Shown here: piece after piece, positions 9,098-19,282 of the stretch
How positions within the stretch are numbered: the stretch's first letter is position 1
Layout: every line of letters begins with the position of its first letter
Virus record (IMG/VR): IMGVR_UViG_3300049782_000062
Coordinates: 1 to 27,471 of that record
Length of the DNA stretch: 27,471 nt
Direction: 5' to 3' (one strand)
Origin: a virus
Taxonomy: Duplodnaviria; Caudoviricetes
Notes under the pieces: generated by a model
Told to the model about the DNA's origin: nothing
Seen by the model: only the letters and a program-made list of their open reading frames with translations
The model's database searches: none
Made by a program: the position numbers and the translations under genes

Positions 9098-9980
9098 GGA
9101 CTGGCAGTACGACATCGGAGGCGTCGTCATCGGCGCCGGCACCAGCGTGGACGTCATCGAGACCACCGGCCTCGGCCGGCCCCCGGTCCGCGACTCGGAT
9201 GTGGACCAGCCGTCCATGGACGGCCAGTTCGCCGGCCCCGACTACTGGGCGGGCCGCCAGGTGCAGATCGACGCCGCCATCAAGATCCCCGGGAACCCGG
9301 CGGCCTGCCACGACATGGTCGCCGCCTTGCAGGCCGCCACCGACCCCGCTGCTGTCCGCCTGGTCGGCGGGCAGGGCCTGACCCTGCGGATCAAGCGGCC
9401 CGGCCGACCGGTGAAGAGGCTCACCGTGCGGGCCCGCAAGCTCGATCCGGAGTACGAGCAGGTCATCCACGGCTACGTGCCGCTCGACCTGGAGTTCCTT
9501 GCGCACGACCCCACGTTCTACGCCGACACCGAATCCGTCACCGAGCTGCCGCTGGGATGGCTCACCGGCGGGGGGTTCGCCGCACCCGTCACCGCGCCGA
9601 TCTACGTGCAGGACGGCACCGTCGCCGCCGACCGGCCCGGCTGGGTCACCAACAACGGTGACGCGGACGCCTGGCCCATCATCCGCATCACCGGCCCCTG
9701 CGCCAACGTCACCATCACCCACGTCGCCTCCGGAAGGCAGCTGGCGCTTCCCACCCTGAACCTCGCGGCGGGCCGCTGGATCGAGATCGACACCCGGCCC
9801 GGCTACCGCACCGTCACCTGGGACAACGGCGGCAACGCCTCCACATACCTCAGCCCCGCATCCCGCATCGACCTGTTCTCCCTCCCGCCTGGCCAGTCCG
9901 AGATGCGCTGGACCGCGTTCGACAACACCCAGACCGCCCGCATGCGCGTCACATGGCGCGACGCCTACATCGCCCTCTGA
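9087..9980 (+). CDS. Distal tail protein (Dit-like)
   Basis: GTG start 9087 after GGAGG; AHDPTFY, VTNNGDADAWPIIRITGP and LPPG motifs typical of actinophage Dit; follows TMP. Confidence 0.8.
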   Translation: MPLEDWQYDIGGVVIGAGTSVDVIETTGLGRPPVRDSDVDQPSMDGQFAGPDYWAGRQVQIDAAIKIPGNPAACHDMVAALQAATDPAAVRLVGGQGLTLRIKRPGRPVKRLTVRARKLDPEYEQVIHGYVPLDLEFLAHDPTFYADTESVTELPLGWLTGGGFAAPVTAPIYVQDGTVAADRPGWVTNNGDADAWPIIRITGPCANVTITHVASGRQLALPTLNLAAGRWIEIDTRPGYRTVTWDNGGNASTYLSPASRIDLFSLPPGQSEMRWTAFDNTQTARMRVTWRDAYIAL

Positions 9981-9991
9981 GGAGCGCCACG

Positions 9992-10930
9992 ATGACCCTG
10001 TTTCCTCGCCCCCTCCTCACCAACGGGGCCACCCACCCCGCACAGCAGTTCCGCATGATGATCCGCGACCTTTCCAACGGCGCGGAGGGCATCACCCAGG
10101 GCGACGACCTGAAAGTCACCCAGCGCACGACCCCCGGCGGCGGGGTGGTCGTGGGGGACGGCTCTGCGGTGGTGCGGGGCCGGGCGAATGCGTTCCAGGG
10201 CTCCTACAGCGTGTGCAACATCGGCGCCGCGGACGTGCCGATCGCGGCGACCGGCGGCACTGCCCGCTCCGACATGGTCATCGTCCGCGTGGAGGACCCC
10301 GAGTACGAGGGAAGCCTGAACCCCGAGGTCGACCAGATCGAGTACTTCCAGGTCATCTCCAACGTGTCCGCTTCAGCGACCACGATTCCCGACGGCCGTA
10401 CCGGTATCCCCCTGGCCCGGATCGACATCCCCGCGAACACGTCCACGATCACCAACGCGATGATCACCGACCTGCGGAAGGTCGCAAACCCGCGCAGGCT
10501 CCGCGTCGTCGACACCCAGTCCCCGTCCTCGATGAGCACCGGCATCGGTTCATCCACCAGCTACAGCTACTTCTCCACCGCCGCCGGATGGAACATCGCG
10601 ATCCCCGACTGGGCCACCAAAGCCATCGTCAAGATCGATGTCAGTCCGATCCGCTACGACCTCGGCAACTTCTACGGCCAGATCTCCGCCACGTTCGGCT
10701 CCAGCCTCGCCACCCAGGCCATCACCCTCGACGACAACCAGGGCACCGGCACCCGCCGCATCCCCGCGATCATCGCCGACACCCTCACCCTCCCCGCCTC
10801 CTACCGCGGCACCACCCAGCTCCTGCGCGTCCGCGCCGCCGGCCTCAACGCCGGGCAGGCCGCCCGCATCTACGTCGACTCCGGCACCACCCTCGTCGCC
10901 GACGTGCAGTTCGAGGAGGCCGCCAGGTGA
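9992..10930 (+). CDS. Minor tail protein
   Basis: ATG 9992 after GAGGAG; 312 aa beta-rich; RSDMVIVRVEDP and IPLARIDIPAN...ITDLR motifs seen in actinophage tail proteins. Confidence 0.75.
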   Translation: MTLFPRPLLTNGATHPAQQFRMMIRDLSNGAEGITQGDDLKVTQRTTPGGGVVVGDGSAVVRGRANAFQGSYSVCNIGAADVPIAATGGTARSDMVIVRVEDPEYEGSLNPEVDQIEYFQVISNVSASATTIPDGRTGIPLARIDIPANTSTITNAMITDLRKVANPRRLRVVDTQSPSSMSTGIGSSTSYSYFSTAAGWNIAIPDWATKAIVKIDVSPIRYDLGNFYGQISATFGSSLATQAITLDDNQGTGTRRIPAIIADTLTLPASYRGTTQLLRVRAAGLNAGQAARIYVDSGTTLVADVQFEEAAR

Positions 10931-12030
10931 CCACCGCCCCACCCGTGCGGGTCCTCACCCAGCACGCCCTGACCGGGGAATGGCTGTCGACCGCGCTCCC
11001 GGTCACCGACCTCGAATACGGGCACGAACTGTCCGGGCCTGGCGAGCTGCGCGGACGGCTCTCCCCGCGGCTGCTCGCCACCAACCCCACCCTCGCCGAC
11101 CCCGGCAACACCCTCATCTACGTCGAATCCGCAGGCCAGCTCGAGTGGGGTGGCCTCGTCTGGGACGTCCGCACCCAGGGCGACGAGTACAGCATCGAGG
11201 CCGCGTCCTGGTCGTCGTACCTGATGAAACGGTTCGACCTGCACGGTGAGCACGGCGGCCGCGGCCCCTACACCTACGCCGACCGCTGCCAGGTCATCCG
11301 CAACATCTGGGACTACGCCCAGTCCATCCCGGACGGCGACCTGGGCGTCATCGTCGACGCGACCACCTCCACCAGCAAGATCGGCACCCCGGACGACGTT
11401 CACCACTCCTACTGGTACGAACACAAAAGCCTCGGAGACCAGGTCGACGAGTTGGTCTCCGACCAGGGCACCCCCGAGTACACGTGCGTGACTTCCTGGA
11501 ACGCGGCGAAGACCGACGTCGTGAAGCGGATCAAGCTGGGCTGGCCCCGCCTCGGTGCCCGCCGCACCGACATCGAGTTCTCCTCTGGCGTCAACATCAT
11601 CGAAGACCCCGAAGAGGTTCGCTCGGGTGACGACTACGCCCAGGTCGTCATCGGGACCGGCGCCGGAGACGGCTCCGCGAAACTCCGTCAGGTCTCCGCC
11701 GTCCGCAACGGCCGCCTTCGTCTCGAGGCGACTGAGGCGTTCCCCGAGGTCAACGGCAACGACGTCCTCAAGGCCCGCACCGAGTGGGCGCGCGCCTGGC
11801 GGCAGAGTCTCGGCCGAGTCGAGTCCATTACCCTGCGCGACACCCCGGCCGCCCCGTTCGGGTCGTGGCAGGTCGGCGACGACGTCTACACCCGCATCCA
11901 CAACAACTGGACGTCCTTCACGGGCTGGTGCCGGGTCACCGGATGGACGATCCGCCCGACCGCCCCCGGCGGCCCCCAGGCCGTCGTCTCCCTCAAGCCG
12001 TCCGCGATGTACTCCTACGGAGGCGCCTGA
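10927..12030 (+). CDS. Baseplate hub / Tal-like minor tail protein
   Basis: GTGA overlap; ELSGPGEL, WGGLVW, LGWPRLG, WQVGDDV motifs typical of siphoviral hub proteins. Confidence 0.7.
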   Translation: MTTAPPVRVLTQHALTGEWLSTALPVTDLEYGHELSGPGELRGRLSPRLLATNPTLADPGNTLIYVESAGQLEWGGLVWDVRTQGDEYSIEAASWSSYLMKRFDLHGEHGGRGPYTYADRCQVIRNIWDYAQSIPDGDLGVIVDATTSTSKIGTPDDVHHSYWYEHKSLGDQVDELVSDQGTPEYTCVTSWNAAKTDVVKRIKLGWPRLGARRTDIEFSSGVNIIEDPEEVRSGDDYAQVVIGTGAGDGSAKLRQVSAVRNGRLRLEATEAFPEVNGNDVLKARTEWARAWRQSLGRVESITLRDTPAAPFGSWQVGDDVYTRIHNNWTSFTGWCRVTGWTIRPTAPGGPQAVVSLKPSAMYSYGGA

Positions 12031-12031
12031 C

Positions 12032-13690
12032 ATGGACATCGGCCGCAAACTCGCCGACCTCGAGAAGCGCCTGGAGCGGGTCGAGCACTCCCGGCGTCTG
12101 TCCCACGCCGCCCTGGACGACACCAGCCTGGTCGTCACGGACGGGACTGGCACGGTGCGGGCCCGGATCGGTATGCAAGCCGACGGAACCGTCGGCCTGA
12201 TCGCCGTGGACGGCCCGGCACCCGGCGCCCCCTCACCGCCGATCGTCACCCCGACGATCGGCGGCCTGCGCGTCACCTGGGACGGCACCCTCGCCGATGG
12301 CAGCCCCCTGCCCGCCGACTTCGACCACATCGCCGTCCACGCCTCCACCAGCAGCGGCTTCACCCCGTCCGCAGCCACCTACGCCGGCACCATCACCAAG
12401 GCCGGGAACGGCGGCATGCTGCCCCTCATCCCGCTGCCGTACCAGCCGCACTACATCCAGCTCACCGCCGTCAACACCTCCGGAAACGCCAGCTCCCCCT
12501 CCGCGGAGACCACCAGCACCCCGATCAAGGTTGACGGGCCCGACCTCAAGGCCGGATCCGTGACCGCGGCCGCCATCCAGGCCGGCGCCGTCACCGCCGA
12601 AAAGCTCGAGGCGATCCTGCAACTCGCCACCCGCCTGGTTGCCGGAGACCCGTCCGGCGCCCGCGTGGAGCTGAACGAGGACGGCCTGCGCGTCTACAAC
12701 ACCAGCAGCGAACTCGTCATCCGCTTCGACTCCGCAGACGGCTCTGCCGCGTTCACCGGCACCATCACCGGCAGCACCGTCACCGGCGGACTCATCCGCA
12801 CCGCCGTCACCGGCCCGCGGATCACGATGAACGAGGGCGGCGAGAACAAGATCCTCGTCTACGACGGCACCCGCTCCGTCGCAGGACTCTCCGCGTTCGG
12901 CCTGGGCCTGGCCGGCACCAACGGGGCTCTCATGCTCCTCGACCCCAACGCCACGTTCCCAGCCATGCGACTGACCAACGCGGCCGGTACCAACGAGGCC
13001 GTCATCAACGTCAGCGAGAACACCGCAGGCTCCGCCGACCTCGGCCTGAACTCCGGCACCTTCACCGGCAGCGGCTTCACCGACATGAAATGGCGCACCT
13101 TCTTCGGCAACGACTTCTGGGTCGCCGAACGACTGCGCAACAGCCCACCCCTGACCTACATCGGCGGCCGCATTTACCTTGGGCCCGACACCGCAACCAT
13201 CGGCTTGCGCAACAGCACCACCCCGAGCGAGGAGTGCTACGTCGGTTTTCATCCCGGCCGCGCCCAGCTCATCAACGGCCGCATGGAAATTTACGCCACG
13301 GCGTCCGCCAGCTCCGCTCTCTATGTGCAGGGCGACGCCGCCCACACCGGAAACCTCATCCGTGTCTTCCGCGACGGCGCCGACCGGCTGACCGTCGACA
13401 AGGACGGCAACACCAGCATCGCCGGAATACTCGCCGCCGGAAACGTCGCCGTCGGCCGGATCACCATCACGCCGAGCGCGTCCGGCGTCCCCACATCCGG
13501 CAACGTCACCGGCCTGAACCTCAAAGGCAGCACCATCCGCGTCGTCGCCACACCGGTCACCGCCGTCCCCGGCACCGCCGTCACCGGCGTCGGCGTCACC
13601 AACCAGTCACCCACCGGATTCACGGTCTGGCTGACACGCAACGGAACCACCACCTCCACCGGAATCGATTGGATCGCATACGGCGTATGA
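12032..13690 (+). CDS. Tail fibre/spike protein (N-terminal coiled coil, FnIII-like segment)
   Basis: ATG 12032 after GGAGG; LRVTWDG...LTAVNTSGNASSPS FnIII-like segment, AGSVTAAAIQAGAVTAEKL repeat, beta-rich C-terminus. Confidence 0.75.
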   Translation: MDIGRKLADLEKRLERVEHSRRLSHAALDDTSLVVTDGTGTVRARIGMQADGTVGLIAVDGPAPGAPSPPIVTPTIGGLRVTWDGTLADGSPLPADFDHIAVHASTSSGFTPSAATYAGTITKAGNGGMLPLIPLPYQPHYIQLTAVNTSGNASSPSAETTSTPIKVDGPDLKAGSVTAAAIQAGAVTAEKLEAILQLATRLVAGDPSGARVELNEDGLRVYNTSSELVIRFDSADGSAAFTGTITGSTVTGGLIRTAVTGPRITMNEGGENKILVYDGTRSVAGLSAFGLGLAGTNGALMLLDPNATFPAMRLTNAAGTNEAVINVSENTAGSADLGLNSGTFTGSGFTDMKWRTFFGNDFWVAERLRNSPPLTYIGGRIYLGPDTATIGLRNSTTPSEECYVGFHPGRAQLINGRMEIYATASASSALYVQGDAAHTGNLIRVFRDGADRLTVDKDGNTSIAGILAAGNVAVGRITITPSASGVPTSGNVTGLNLKGSTIRVVATPVTAVPGTAVTGVGVTNQSPTGFTVWLTRNGTTTSTGIDWIAYGV

Positions 13691-14055
13691 GCACCGAAAC
13701 CGACCCCACCACACCATCCGGCACGACGAACGACACCTCATCCGACCCGCCGCCCTTCGAACCGCCGCCGGCCCCGTCCGAACCGGAACCGGTCGAGGAC
13801 AGCGACCCGCCGCCCCCACCGGATCAGCCCTCCACCCCCATCACGTTCGAGCCAGCCACCTGGTACTCCGTCGAGACCGTGTGCCTGACCCAGAACCGCG
13901 GTGACGGAGCTCCCTGCCCAAACCTGAACGTGACCGCCACCGACCCGATGGTGTACTCCAACGCCGGGAAGCCGATCATCGTGTGCGGACTGTGCGGCAA
14001 AAACCGCACCATCCTGTCCGCGACAAAGCTCGACCCTCAGCCCGAAGTCGCCTGA
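13687..14055 (+). CDS. Pro-rich hypothetical protein with C-terminal Cys cluster
   Basis: ATGA overlap; 122 aa; P/T/E-rich N-half, C..C..CGLC C-half. Confidence 0.7.
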   Translation: MSTETDPTTPSGTTNDTSSDPPPFEPPPAPSEPEPVEDSDPPPPPDQPSTPITFEPATWYSVETVCLTQNRGDGAPCPNLNVTATDPMVYSNAGKPIIVCGLCGKNRTILSATKLDPQPEVA

Positions 14056-14066
14056 CTCCGCCAGCG

Positions 14067-14089
14067 GCCGAGGCAACACCAGCCTCGGC
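14067..14089 (+). terminator. Hairpin after tail genes (possible terminator/processing site)
   Basis: GCCGAGGC-7 nt-GCCTCGGC, 8-bp perfect stem. Confidence 0.4.
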
Positions 14090-14208
14090 TCGCCCTACCC
14101 TGATCTTTGGGCGACCCTCCGCCCCCTGCTCCACCCTCGAGGGACGACCGCACACCGCGGTCCGCCAACACTGTTCACTGGGCGCGGGGAGATCCAGGAG
14201 CACGGGCT

Positions 14209-14589
14209 ATGCCCGAGCCGACCACACAGCAGGACGAGACGACGGCTGCCCGCAAGAGCAAGGACACCGCTCCCGAACCCACCCAGCCGTCTCCCACGGA
14301 ACCGCCGACCACCAGCGCCGACACCGAGCCGTACCCGGGCGCCGTCTTCTTCCACGGCGGCCGCCACTCGCCGATCATCGCCGCCATGGCCCGCCGCCTC
14401 GAGCAGGAAGGCCACGGCGACGGCCGCTACCTCGGCCCGGACTGGACGAACGCCCACCGCGACGCCTTCGCCCGCTTCCAGCACCAGCTGCGCCCCAAGG
14501 GGAACGGCGACGTCTCTGGTATCCCCGACGAGACCGCCTGGGACCGCCTGAAGGTCCCGCGGGTCACGCCCCTGCGCGAGGAGTCCTGA
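14209..14589 (+). CDS. Stand-alone peptidoglycan-binding domain protein
   Basis: ATG after AGGAG; YPGAVFFHGGRHSPIIAAMARRL...FARFQ...GIPDETAWDRLKVP resembles Streptomyces phage PG-binding domain. Confidence 0.7.
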   Translation: MPEPTTQQDETTAARKSKDTAPEPTQPSPTEPPTTSADTEPYPGAVFFHGGRHSPIIAAMARRLEQEGHGDGRYLGPDWTNAHRDAFARFQHQLRPKGNGDVSGIPDETAWDRLKVPRVTPLREES

Positions 14590-15533
14590 TGGCCAACGCC
14601 CCCTCCGCCTCCACCTTCGCCGACCTGCTGCGCGCCGAAGGCGTCACCGTCGTCGAGGTCGGCGACTGGGAGACCCACAACCGCAACAGCAAGGGACCGT
14701 GGGGCCCGGTCAACGGCGTGATGATCCACCACACCGTCACCAAGGGCAGCGCGAACACCGTGGAGCTGTGCCGCAAGGGCCACAGCAGCCTGCCCGGCCC
14801 GCTGTGCAACGGCGTCATCACCAAGGACGGCCGCGTCCACCTCGTCGGCTACGGCCGCGCCAACCACGCCGGCCTCGGCGACCCCGACGTCCTCGCCGCG
14901 GTCATCGCCGAACGCACGCCGCCAGCCGACAACGAGGCCACCGTCGACGGCAACCGACACTTCTACGGCTTCGAATGCGAAAACCTCGGCGACGGCCGCG
15001 ACCCGTGGCCCGACGCCCAGCTCCTCGCCATCGAGAAGGTCGCCGCGGCGATCTGCCGCCACCACGGCTGGTCCGAGCGGTCCGTCATCGGCCACCTCGA
15101 ATGGCAGCCCGGCAAGATCGACCCGCGCGGCTTCACCATGGACAGCATGCGGGCCCGCATCGCCGCCCGCCTCGCAGCCGAGAAACCCGAACCGAAGCCC
15201 ACCACACCCACCCCCGCGGTGCCGAAGCCCCAGCCCAAGCCGTCCACGCCGGTCGTGGACCTGTCCCGGCTCGTGGCCGCCGCCAAGGCCAACCCGGCCT
15301 CGAAGGGCACCCCCGTCACCTACAGCGGCGTCCGCACCGTCGAAGCCGCACTGGTCGACGCCGGACTCCTCGCCAAGCGCTACTCCGACGGGCACTTCGG
15401 CACCTCCACCATCGCCGCCTACGCCGCCTGGCAGCGCCGCTGCGGCTACACCGGCAAGGCCGCCGACGGCATCCCCGGCCGCGCCTCCCTCGAACGCCTC
15501 GGCGACAAGTACGGCTTCAAGGTCACCGCATGA
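14589..15533 (+). CDS. Endolysin, N-acetylmuramoyl-L-alanine amidase (Amidase_2-type) with C-terminal PG-binding domain
   Basis: VMIHHT, RANHAG, YGFECEN, VIGHLEW..GKIDP zinc-amidase motifs; PT/PK linker; DGHFG...AAWQ...ADGIPG cell wall-binding motif. Confidence 0.92.
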   Translation: MANAPSASTFADLLRAEGVTVVEVGDWETHNRNSKGPWGPVNGVMIHHTVTKGSANTVELCRKGHSSLPGPLCNGVITKDGRVHLVGYGRANHAGLGDPDVLAAVIAERTPPADNEATVDGNRHFYGFECENLGDGRDPWPDAQLLAIEKVAAAICRHHGWSERSVIGHLEWQPGKIDPRGFTMDSMRARIAARLAAEKPEPKPTTPTPAVPKPQPKPSTPVVDLSRLVAAAKANPASKGTPVTYSGVRTVEAALVDAGLLAKRYSDGHFGTSTIAAYAAWQRRCGYTGKAADGIPGRASLERLGDKYGFKVTA

Positions 15534-15727
15534 AGATCACCCCACGCCGCGCCGCGACCCTGCACTACTGCCTGGCCGGCGTATGGGCCCTGCTCGTCAT
15601 CCCCACCCTGCTGTTCTGGAAGAACAGCGTCCTCTGGGTCGCCGCGATGTCGCTCTACGCAAACTTCGTCGGGCACCTCTCCGCGGCCAAAGCAAGCCGC
15701 GCCGAACAGGAAGCAGAAACCTCATGA
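15530..15727 (+). CDS. Small two-TM membrane protein (lysis cassette)
   Basis: 65 aa, ATGA overlaps at both ends, two hydrophobic segments. Confidence 0.7.
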   Translation: MKITPRRAATLHYCLAGVWALLVIPTLLFWKNSVLWVAAMSLYANFVGHLSAAKASRAEQEAETS

Positions 15728-16110
15728 AGCTCTTCGGACGCGAGCCGGTCATCCTGCTCGCCTTCGTCGCCGTCGCCCTGAAGCTGGCCTCCGCCTACGG
15801 CCTCGACGTCACCGCCGAACAGCAGGCCGTCATCATGGCCGTCCTGTCCGGCATCGTCGCCCTAGCAGAAGCGATCGTGCTGCGCACCGGCGCCGCCGCG
15901 GCCACCATCATCAACCTCGCCCAAGGCCTGCTGGCCCTGTTCCTCGGCTTCGGCCTCGAGATGACCGCCGAACAGCAGGCCCTGTGGATGCTCGCCGTCG
16001 AAGGCGCCGTCGCCCTGTTCCTGCGCCGCGAGGTCACCGCCCCCGTCCCCGCCCTGAAGATCGAGCAGTCCAGCCCGCTGACCCAGCACAGCGGCCCCAC
16101 CGCGGTCTGA
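15724..16110 (+). CDS. Holin-like membrane protein
   Basis: MKLFGREPV start, about 4 hydrophobic segments, internal duplication (TAEQQA twice), LRREVTAP tail typical of actinophage holins. Confidence 0.75.
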   Translation: MKLFGREPVILLAFVAVALKLASAYGLDVTAEQQAVIMAVLSGIVALAEAIVLRTGAAAATIINLAQGLLALFLGFGLEMTAEQQALWMLAVEGAVALFLRREVTAPVPALKIEQSSPLTQHSGPTAV

Positions 16111-16183
16111 CCCATGACCATCCGGCACGCACCGCGTCGACTGGCAGCGACGCACGCGTGCCCCACCACGAGGAGCGGCACCG

Positions 16184-16519
16184 GTGAATGAGCTGTCGGC
16201 CGTCAACGTCCTTTTGCCGGGCGGGGCCGGAGCCATCGTCACTCTCGTCGTGCTGCTCATCCTCAAAGGCCATCTCGTCTCACGAGCCGTCCTTGAGGAC
16301 GTCCGAAAGGACCGCGACGACCGCATAGCCGAACTGGCCAAAGAGCGGGACATGTGGCGAGACGCGCACCGAGAGAGCGAAGCTGCGCGAATCGAAGCGC
16401 AGAACCAGGTCGGCGAACTGGTGGAACTCGCGCGAGTCGCCGACCACGTACTGCGCGCTATACGAGGGGAGGTGCCCGGGGATGCGATGGATCAGTCGGT
16501 TGCTGCGCCGCCGTCCTGA
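16184..16519 (+). CDS. Single-TM coiled-coil membrane protein (lysis-associated)
   Basis: GAGGAG RBS, N-terminal TM, charged coiled coil with ERDMWRDA. Confidence 0.7.
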   Translation: MNELSAVNVLLPGGAGAIVTLVVLLILKGHLVSRAVLEDVRKDRDDRIAELAKERDMWRDAHRESEAARIEAQNQVGELVELARVADHVLRAIRGEVPGDAMDQSVAAPPS

Positions 16520-16724
16520 GCCCACCCCGCGCCCGGAGGATCCCAGCAAGACACCTGGGCAGCGGGAAGCGGAGAAGGCGCTGTCCCGCGCCCGGGAAGC
16601 ACGCCGGGAGGTCGAAGCCCACCGCTCGGTCGTGTCCCACGTTGCTGCGCGTCTCGCCCGCGAGCGCCAGCAGAATCACTTCGCGGAGATCTTCCGCGCT
16701 GCCTTGGAGGGAGGCCGACACTGA
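16482..16724 (+). CDS. Small basic hypothetical protein
   Basis: 80 aa after GGGGAGG RBS; ends ERQQNHFAEIFRAAL; overlaps next start (TGATG). Confidence 0.65.
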   Translation: MRWISRLLRRRPEPTPRPEDPSKTPGQREAEKALSRAREARREVEAHRSVVSHVAARLARERQQNHFAEIFRAALEGGRH

Positions 16725-17065
16725 TGGACTGGGCGCAGCTCGCCAACATCGCAGCATCGGCTCTGGTCACCCTTGCCTCTGCTGTTTTCGCGATCGTCTA
16801 TCACCTGCACGCCCCGTGGCAGTCCACTGCGGTGGGCCGTCACGTCATGGCTTTCACCCTCGCGATCGGCGCGCTCGGCGCGTACACCGTCGCGATCTCC
16901 GTGTGGCCTGACGGAACGCCCGCCGCGGTGCTCCGCGCCACCCGCACCGTGCTCCTACTCGTGATCGCCGTGCTGGTCGTGCAGCGCACCCGCATGGTGC
17001 TGCGCGCCCAGCACCAGGGAGCCCTGCACAGCATGGACCAGCCAGGTCCGCCGCCTTCTGCCTGA
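16724..17065 (+). CDS. Three-TM membrane protein (putative holin-like)
   Basis: 113 aa, three hydrophobic segments, [12 protein letters not shown] motif, GGAGG RBS. Confidence 0.7.
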   Translation: MDWAQLANIAASALVTLASAVFAIVYHLHAPWQSTAVGRHVMAFTLAIGALGAYTVAISVWPDGTPAAVLRATRTVLLLVIAVLVVQRTRMVLRAQHQGALHSMDQPGPPPSA

Positions 17066-17079
17066 ACTGGAGCGCACCC

Positions 17080-18429
17080 ATGACCACGGTGACCGGGAAA
17101 CTGATCGGACCCGCCGACGGCCGGCGGGTGGAGATGACCGCCACCCTCGTCGACGTCACCGGCAAGCCCGCGGTCGGCTACGTCGCCAGCGTCCCCGGTG
17201 AAGTGGTGCAGCCCCAACGCATCACGCCCGCCGAGGACGGCACCTGGACCGTCGATCTCCTCCCCAACGGCGCGATCACCTCCGACGCCGGGGACACCCT
17301 GTGGTGCATTACCGAGGGCCGCGCCCTGGACGGCACCCCCATCCGCACCTACATCGCCGTCCCCGACACCGGCACCCACTGGGTGGGCAGCATCCGCGCC
17401 GACCTGTCCGACACCCAAACCGGGCAGAGCACCGTCGTCTACCTCCCCGGCCCCCCGGGACCGGAAGGACCTGCCGGGCCCGCAGGCGACACCGGCCCGC
17501 AAGGACCCCAGGGTGAGCCCGGACCGACCGGACCCGCAGGCCCCCAGGGACCGGCTGGAGAGACCGGCCCGCCAGGCCCGCAAGGCGATCCCGGCCCGCA
17601 GCCACCGCTCGGCGCGGCCGGTGCAGGAGACGACATCGCGCTGCGCTCCACCGACCCGTCCACCACGAACGCCCGCATACCTACCGCGCACGCCGCCTCC
17701 CACGCCACCGACGGCAGCGACCCGATCACCCCTACCGCAATCGGCGCCGAACCTGCTGGCACCGCCGCAGCCACCGTCACCGACCACACCGCCGCCACCG
17801 ACCCGCACGGCGACCGCTCCTGGGCGGACACCAAGTTCGCCACCACCACGCAGCTCGCGGACGTGAACAGCACGGTCACCACCCTGGGTGGAGCCGTCAC
17901 CAACCTCGACGGCTTCGTCAACGACTGCCTGACCCGCGTTTCCGCGATCGAGCAGGGCACCGCCTGGCTGGCTGGCGTGAACTCCACCGGGCCCGTCCAG
18001 GTCGTCGGTAACAACCTGACCGTCAGCCGCAACACGGCGGGATCCCTCGGCGCGTACCGGTTCCGCACCACCGGCGGCGGCCTGGACCTCGAGGTCGCGG
18101 GCCTGGACGTCATCGTCTCCCACTGGGCGAACGCCGACTTCACCGGAGCCCAGAAGAACGTCATGCGCTGGGAGTCGGCCGGCCCGCACCTGATCGGCCG
18201 CACCCAGTTCGGCACCACCCCCTACAACACCGTCCACGACATCGACGCCACCACCGGCGTCGCCGCCGTGGGCGCGAAAAACGGGCTGACCAACATCCGC
18301 CTGGCCGGGTTCAAGAACACCGCGGGCGCCCCCACGACCGGCACGTGGACCACTGGGGACGTCGTCCTCGACTCCGCTGGCGCATGGCACCTGTGCACGG
18401 CCGGAGGCACGCCCGGCACCTGGACCTGA
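17080..18429 (+). CDS. Collagen-like fibre/decoration protein
   Basis: 449 aa; 17 consecutive G-X-Y triplets (17449-17601), [12 protein letters not shown] and DPHGD motifs, C-terminal [12 protein letters not shown]...AGGTPGTW. Confidence 0.85.
   Translation: MTTVTGKLIGPADGRRVEMTATLVDVTGKPAVGYVASVPGEVVQPQRITPAEDGTWTVDLLPNGAITSDAGDTLWCITEGRALDGTPIRTYIAVPDTGTHWVGSIRADLSDTQTGQSTVVYLPGPPGPEGPAGPAGDTGPQGPQGEPGPTGPAGPQGPAGETGPPGPQGDPGPQPPLGAAGAGDDIALRSTDPSTTNARIPTAHAASHATDGSDPITPTAIGAEPAGTAAATVTDHTAATDPHGDRSWADTKFATTTQLADVNSTVTTLGGAVTNLDGFVNDCLTRVSAIEQGTAWLAGVNSTGPVQVVGNNLTVSRNTAGSLGAYRFRTTGGGLDLEVAGLDVIVSHWANADFTGAQKNVMRWESAGPHLIGRTQFGTTPYNTVHDIDATTGVAAVGAKNGLTNIRLAGFKNTAGAPTTGTWTTGDVVLDSAGAWHLCTAGGTPGTWT
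17449..17601 (+). repeat. Collagen (Gly-X-Y)17 coding repeat
   Basis: [51 protein letters not shown]. Confidence 0.9.
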
Positions 18430-18445
18430 CCCACAGCTGCGGCCT

Positions 18446-19186
18446 CTATGGCGCGACACGACCGTTCGCGTTGAAGGCGGCGTAGGTGAGCGGCATGAGC
18501 TTGGCCCACTCCGCCTCCATCTTCTCGCCGACCATCTCGATCTCCCGCTGCGGGAAGGACGGCACCTTCGCCAGCTCGTGCTGGGTGCGCAGACCGAGGA
18601 AGTGCATCAGCGAGCGGGCGTTGCAGGTGGCGTACATCGAGGAGAACAGACCGACGGGGAGGACCGAGCGGGCGACCTCGCGGGCGACGCCGGCGGCGAG
18701 CATCTCGCGGTACGTCCGGTACGCCTGGCGGTAGGACTCCTGCATCGCCTCACTGGCCAGCTTGTGCTGCTCGGGGGTGCCCTCGACGAACCGGTACTTG
18801 CCGGGCCGTCCCTCCTGCACCAGCTTGCGGGAGGCGTCGGGCACGTAGAAGACGGGCTGCAGCTCGCGGTAGCGGCCCGACTCCTCGTTGTACGACCAGC
18901 CCACGCGGTGCCGCATGAACTCGCGGAAGACGAAGATCGGGGCGCTGACGAAGAAGGTCATCGAGTTGTGCTCGAACGGGCTGCCGTGCCGGTCGCACAT
19001 CAGGTAGTTGATCAGCCCTTTGGAGCGCCCGGCATCAGCCCTTACCTGCTCGAGGGACTGCTCGCCCAGGGTGGAGACGCGTGCGGACCACAGGACGTGG
19101 GCGTCGTCAGCGGTGTGTTTGACCAGCTCCACCGTGACGTCGCTGCGGAAGGTCGGCTCAGCGGGCTGATCGGATCGTGCGGGCAT
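18446..19186 (-). CDS. thyX: FAD-dependent thymidylate synthase
   Basis: HGSPFEH, RHRVGWSYNEESGRY (ThyX RHR-x7-S-x-R motif), REVARSVLP, NARSLMHFLGLR, PQREI; ATG 19186 with GGAG RBS. Confidence 0.96.
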   Translation of the reverse strand: MPARSDQPAEPTFRSDVTVELVKHTADDAHVLWSARVSTLGEQSLEQVRADAGRSKGLINYLMCDRHGSPFEHNSMTFFVSAPIFVFREFMRHRVGWSYNEESGRYRELQPVFYVPDASRKLVQEGRPGKYRFVEGTPEQHKLASEAMQESYRQAYRTYREMLAAGVAREVARSVLPVGLFSSMYATCNARSLMHFLGLRTQHELAKVPSFPQREIEMVGEKMEAEWAKLMPLTYAAFNANGRVAP

Positions 19187-19282
19187 AGCGCAGCTCCGGG
19201 AAGGGGCGGGGAAGGAGTGGATGCGCCCAGTCTCCCGGCCCTCCGCCGCGGTGTTCCCTCCGCACGTTCGTACGATGGCCGC

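Noticed and set aside
1852-15533. Extended N-termini in the ORF track (1852, 2262, 3757, 10213, 11555, 13090, 13983 starts)
   Set aside because: Arg/Pro-rich off-frame overlaps; true starts are marked by ATGA/GTGA coupling or RBS downstream
8033-18459. Long antisense and alternate-frame ORFs (e.g. 8033-9217, 10870-12378, 12233-13345, 14427-15395, 16840-18459)
   Set aside because: Shadow ORFs expected from high-GC codon bias opposite real genes; no recognisable motifs or RBS
19255-19272. LexA/SOS box near GTTCG upstream of the zinc-finger ORF
   Set aside because: Left half does not match CGAAC
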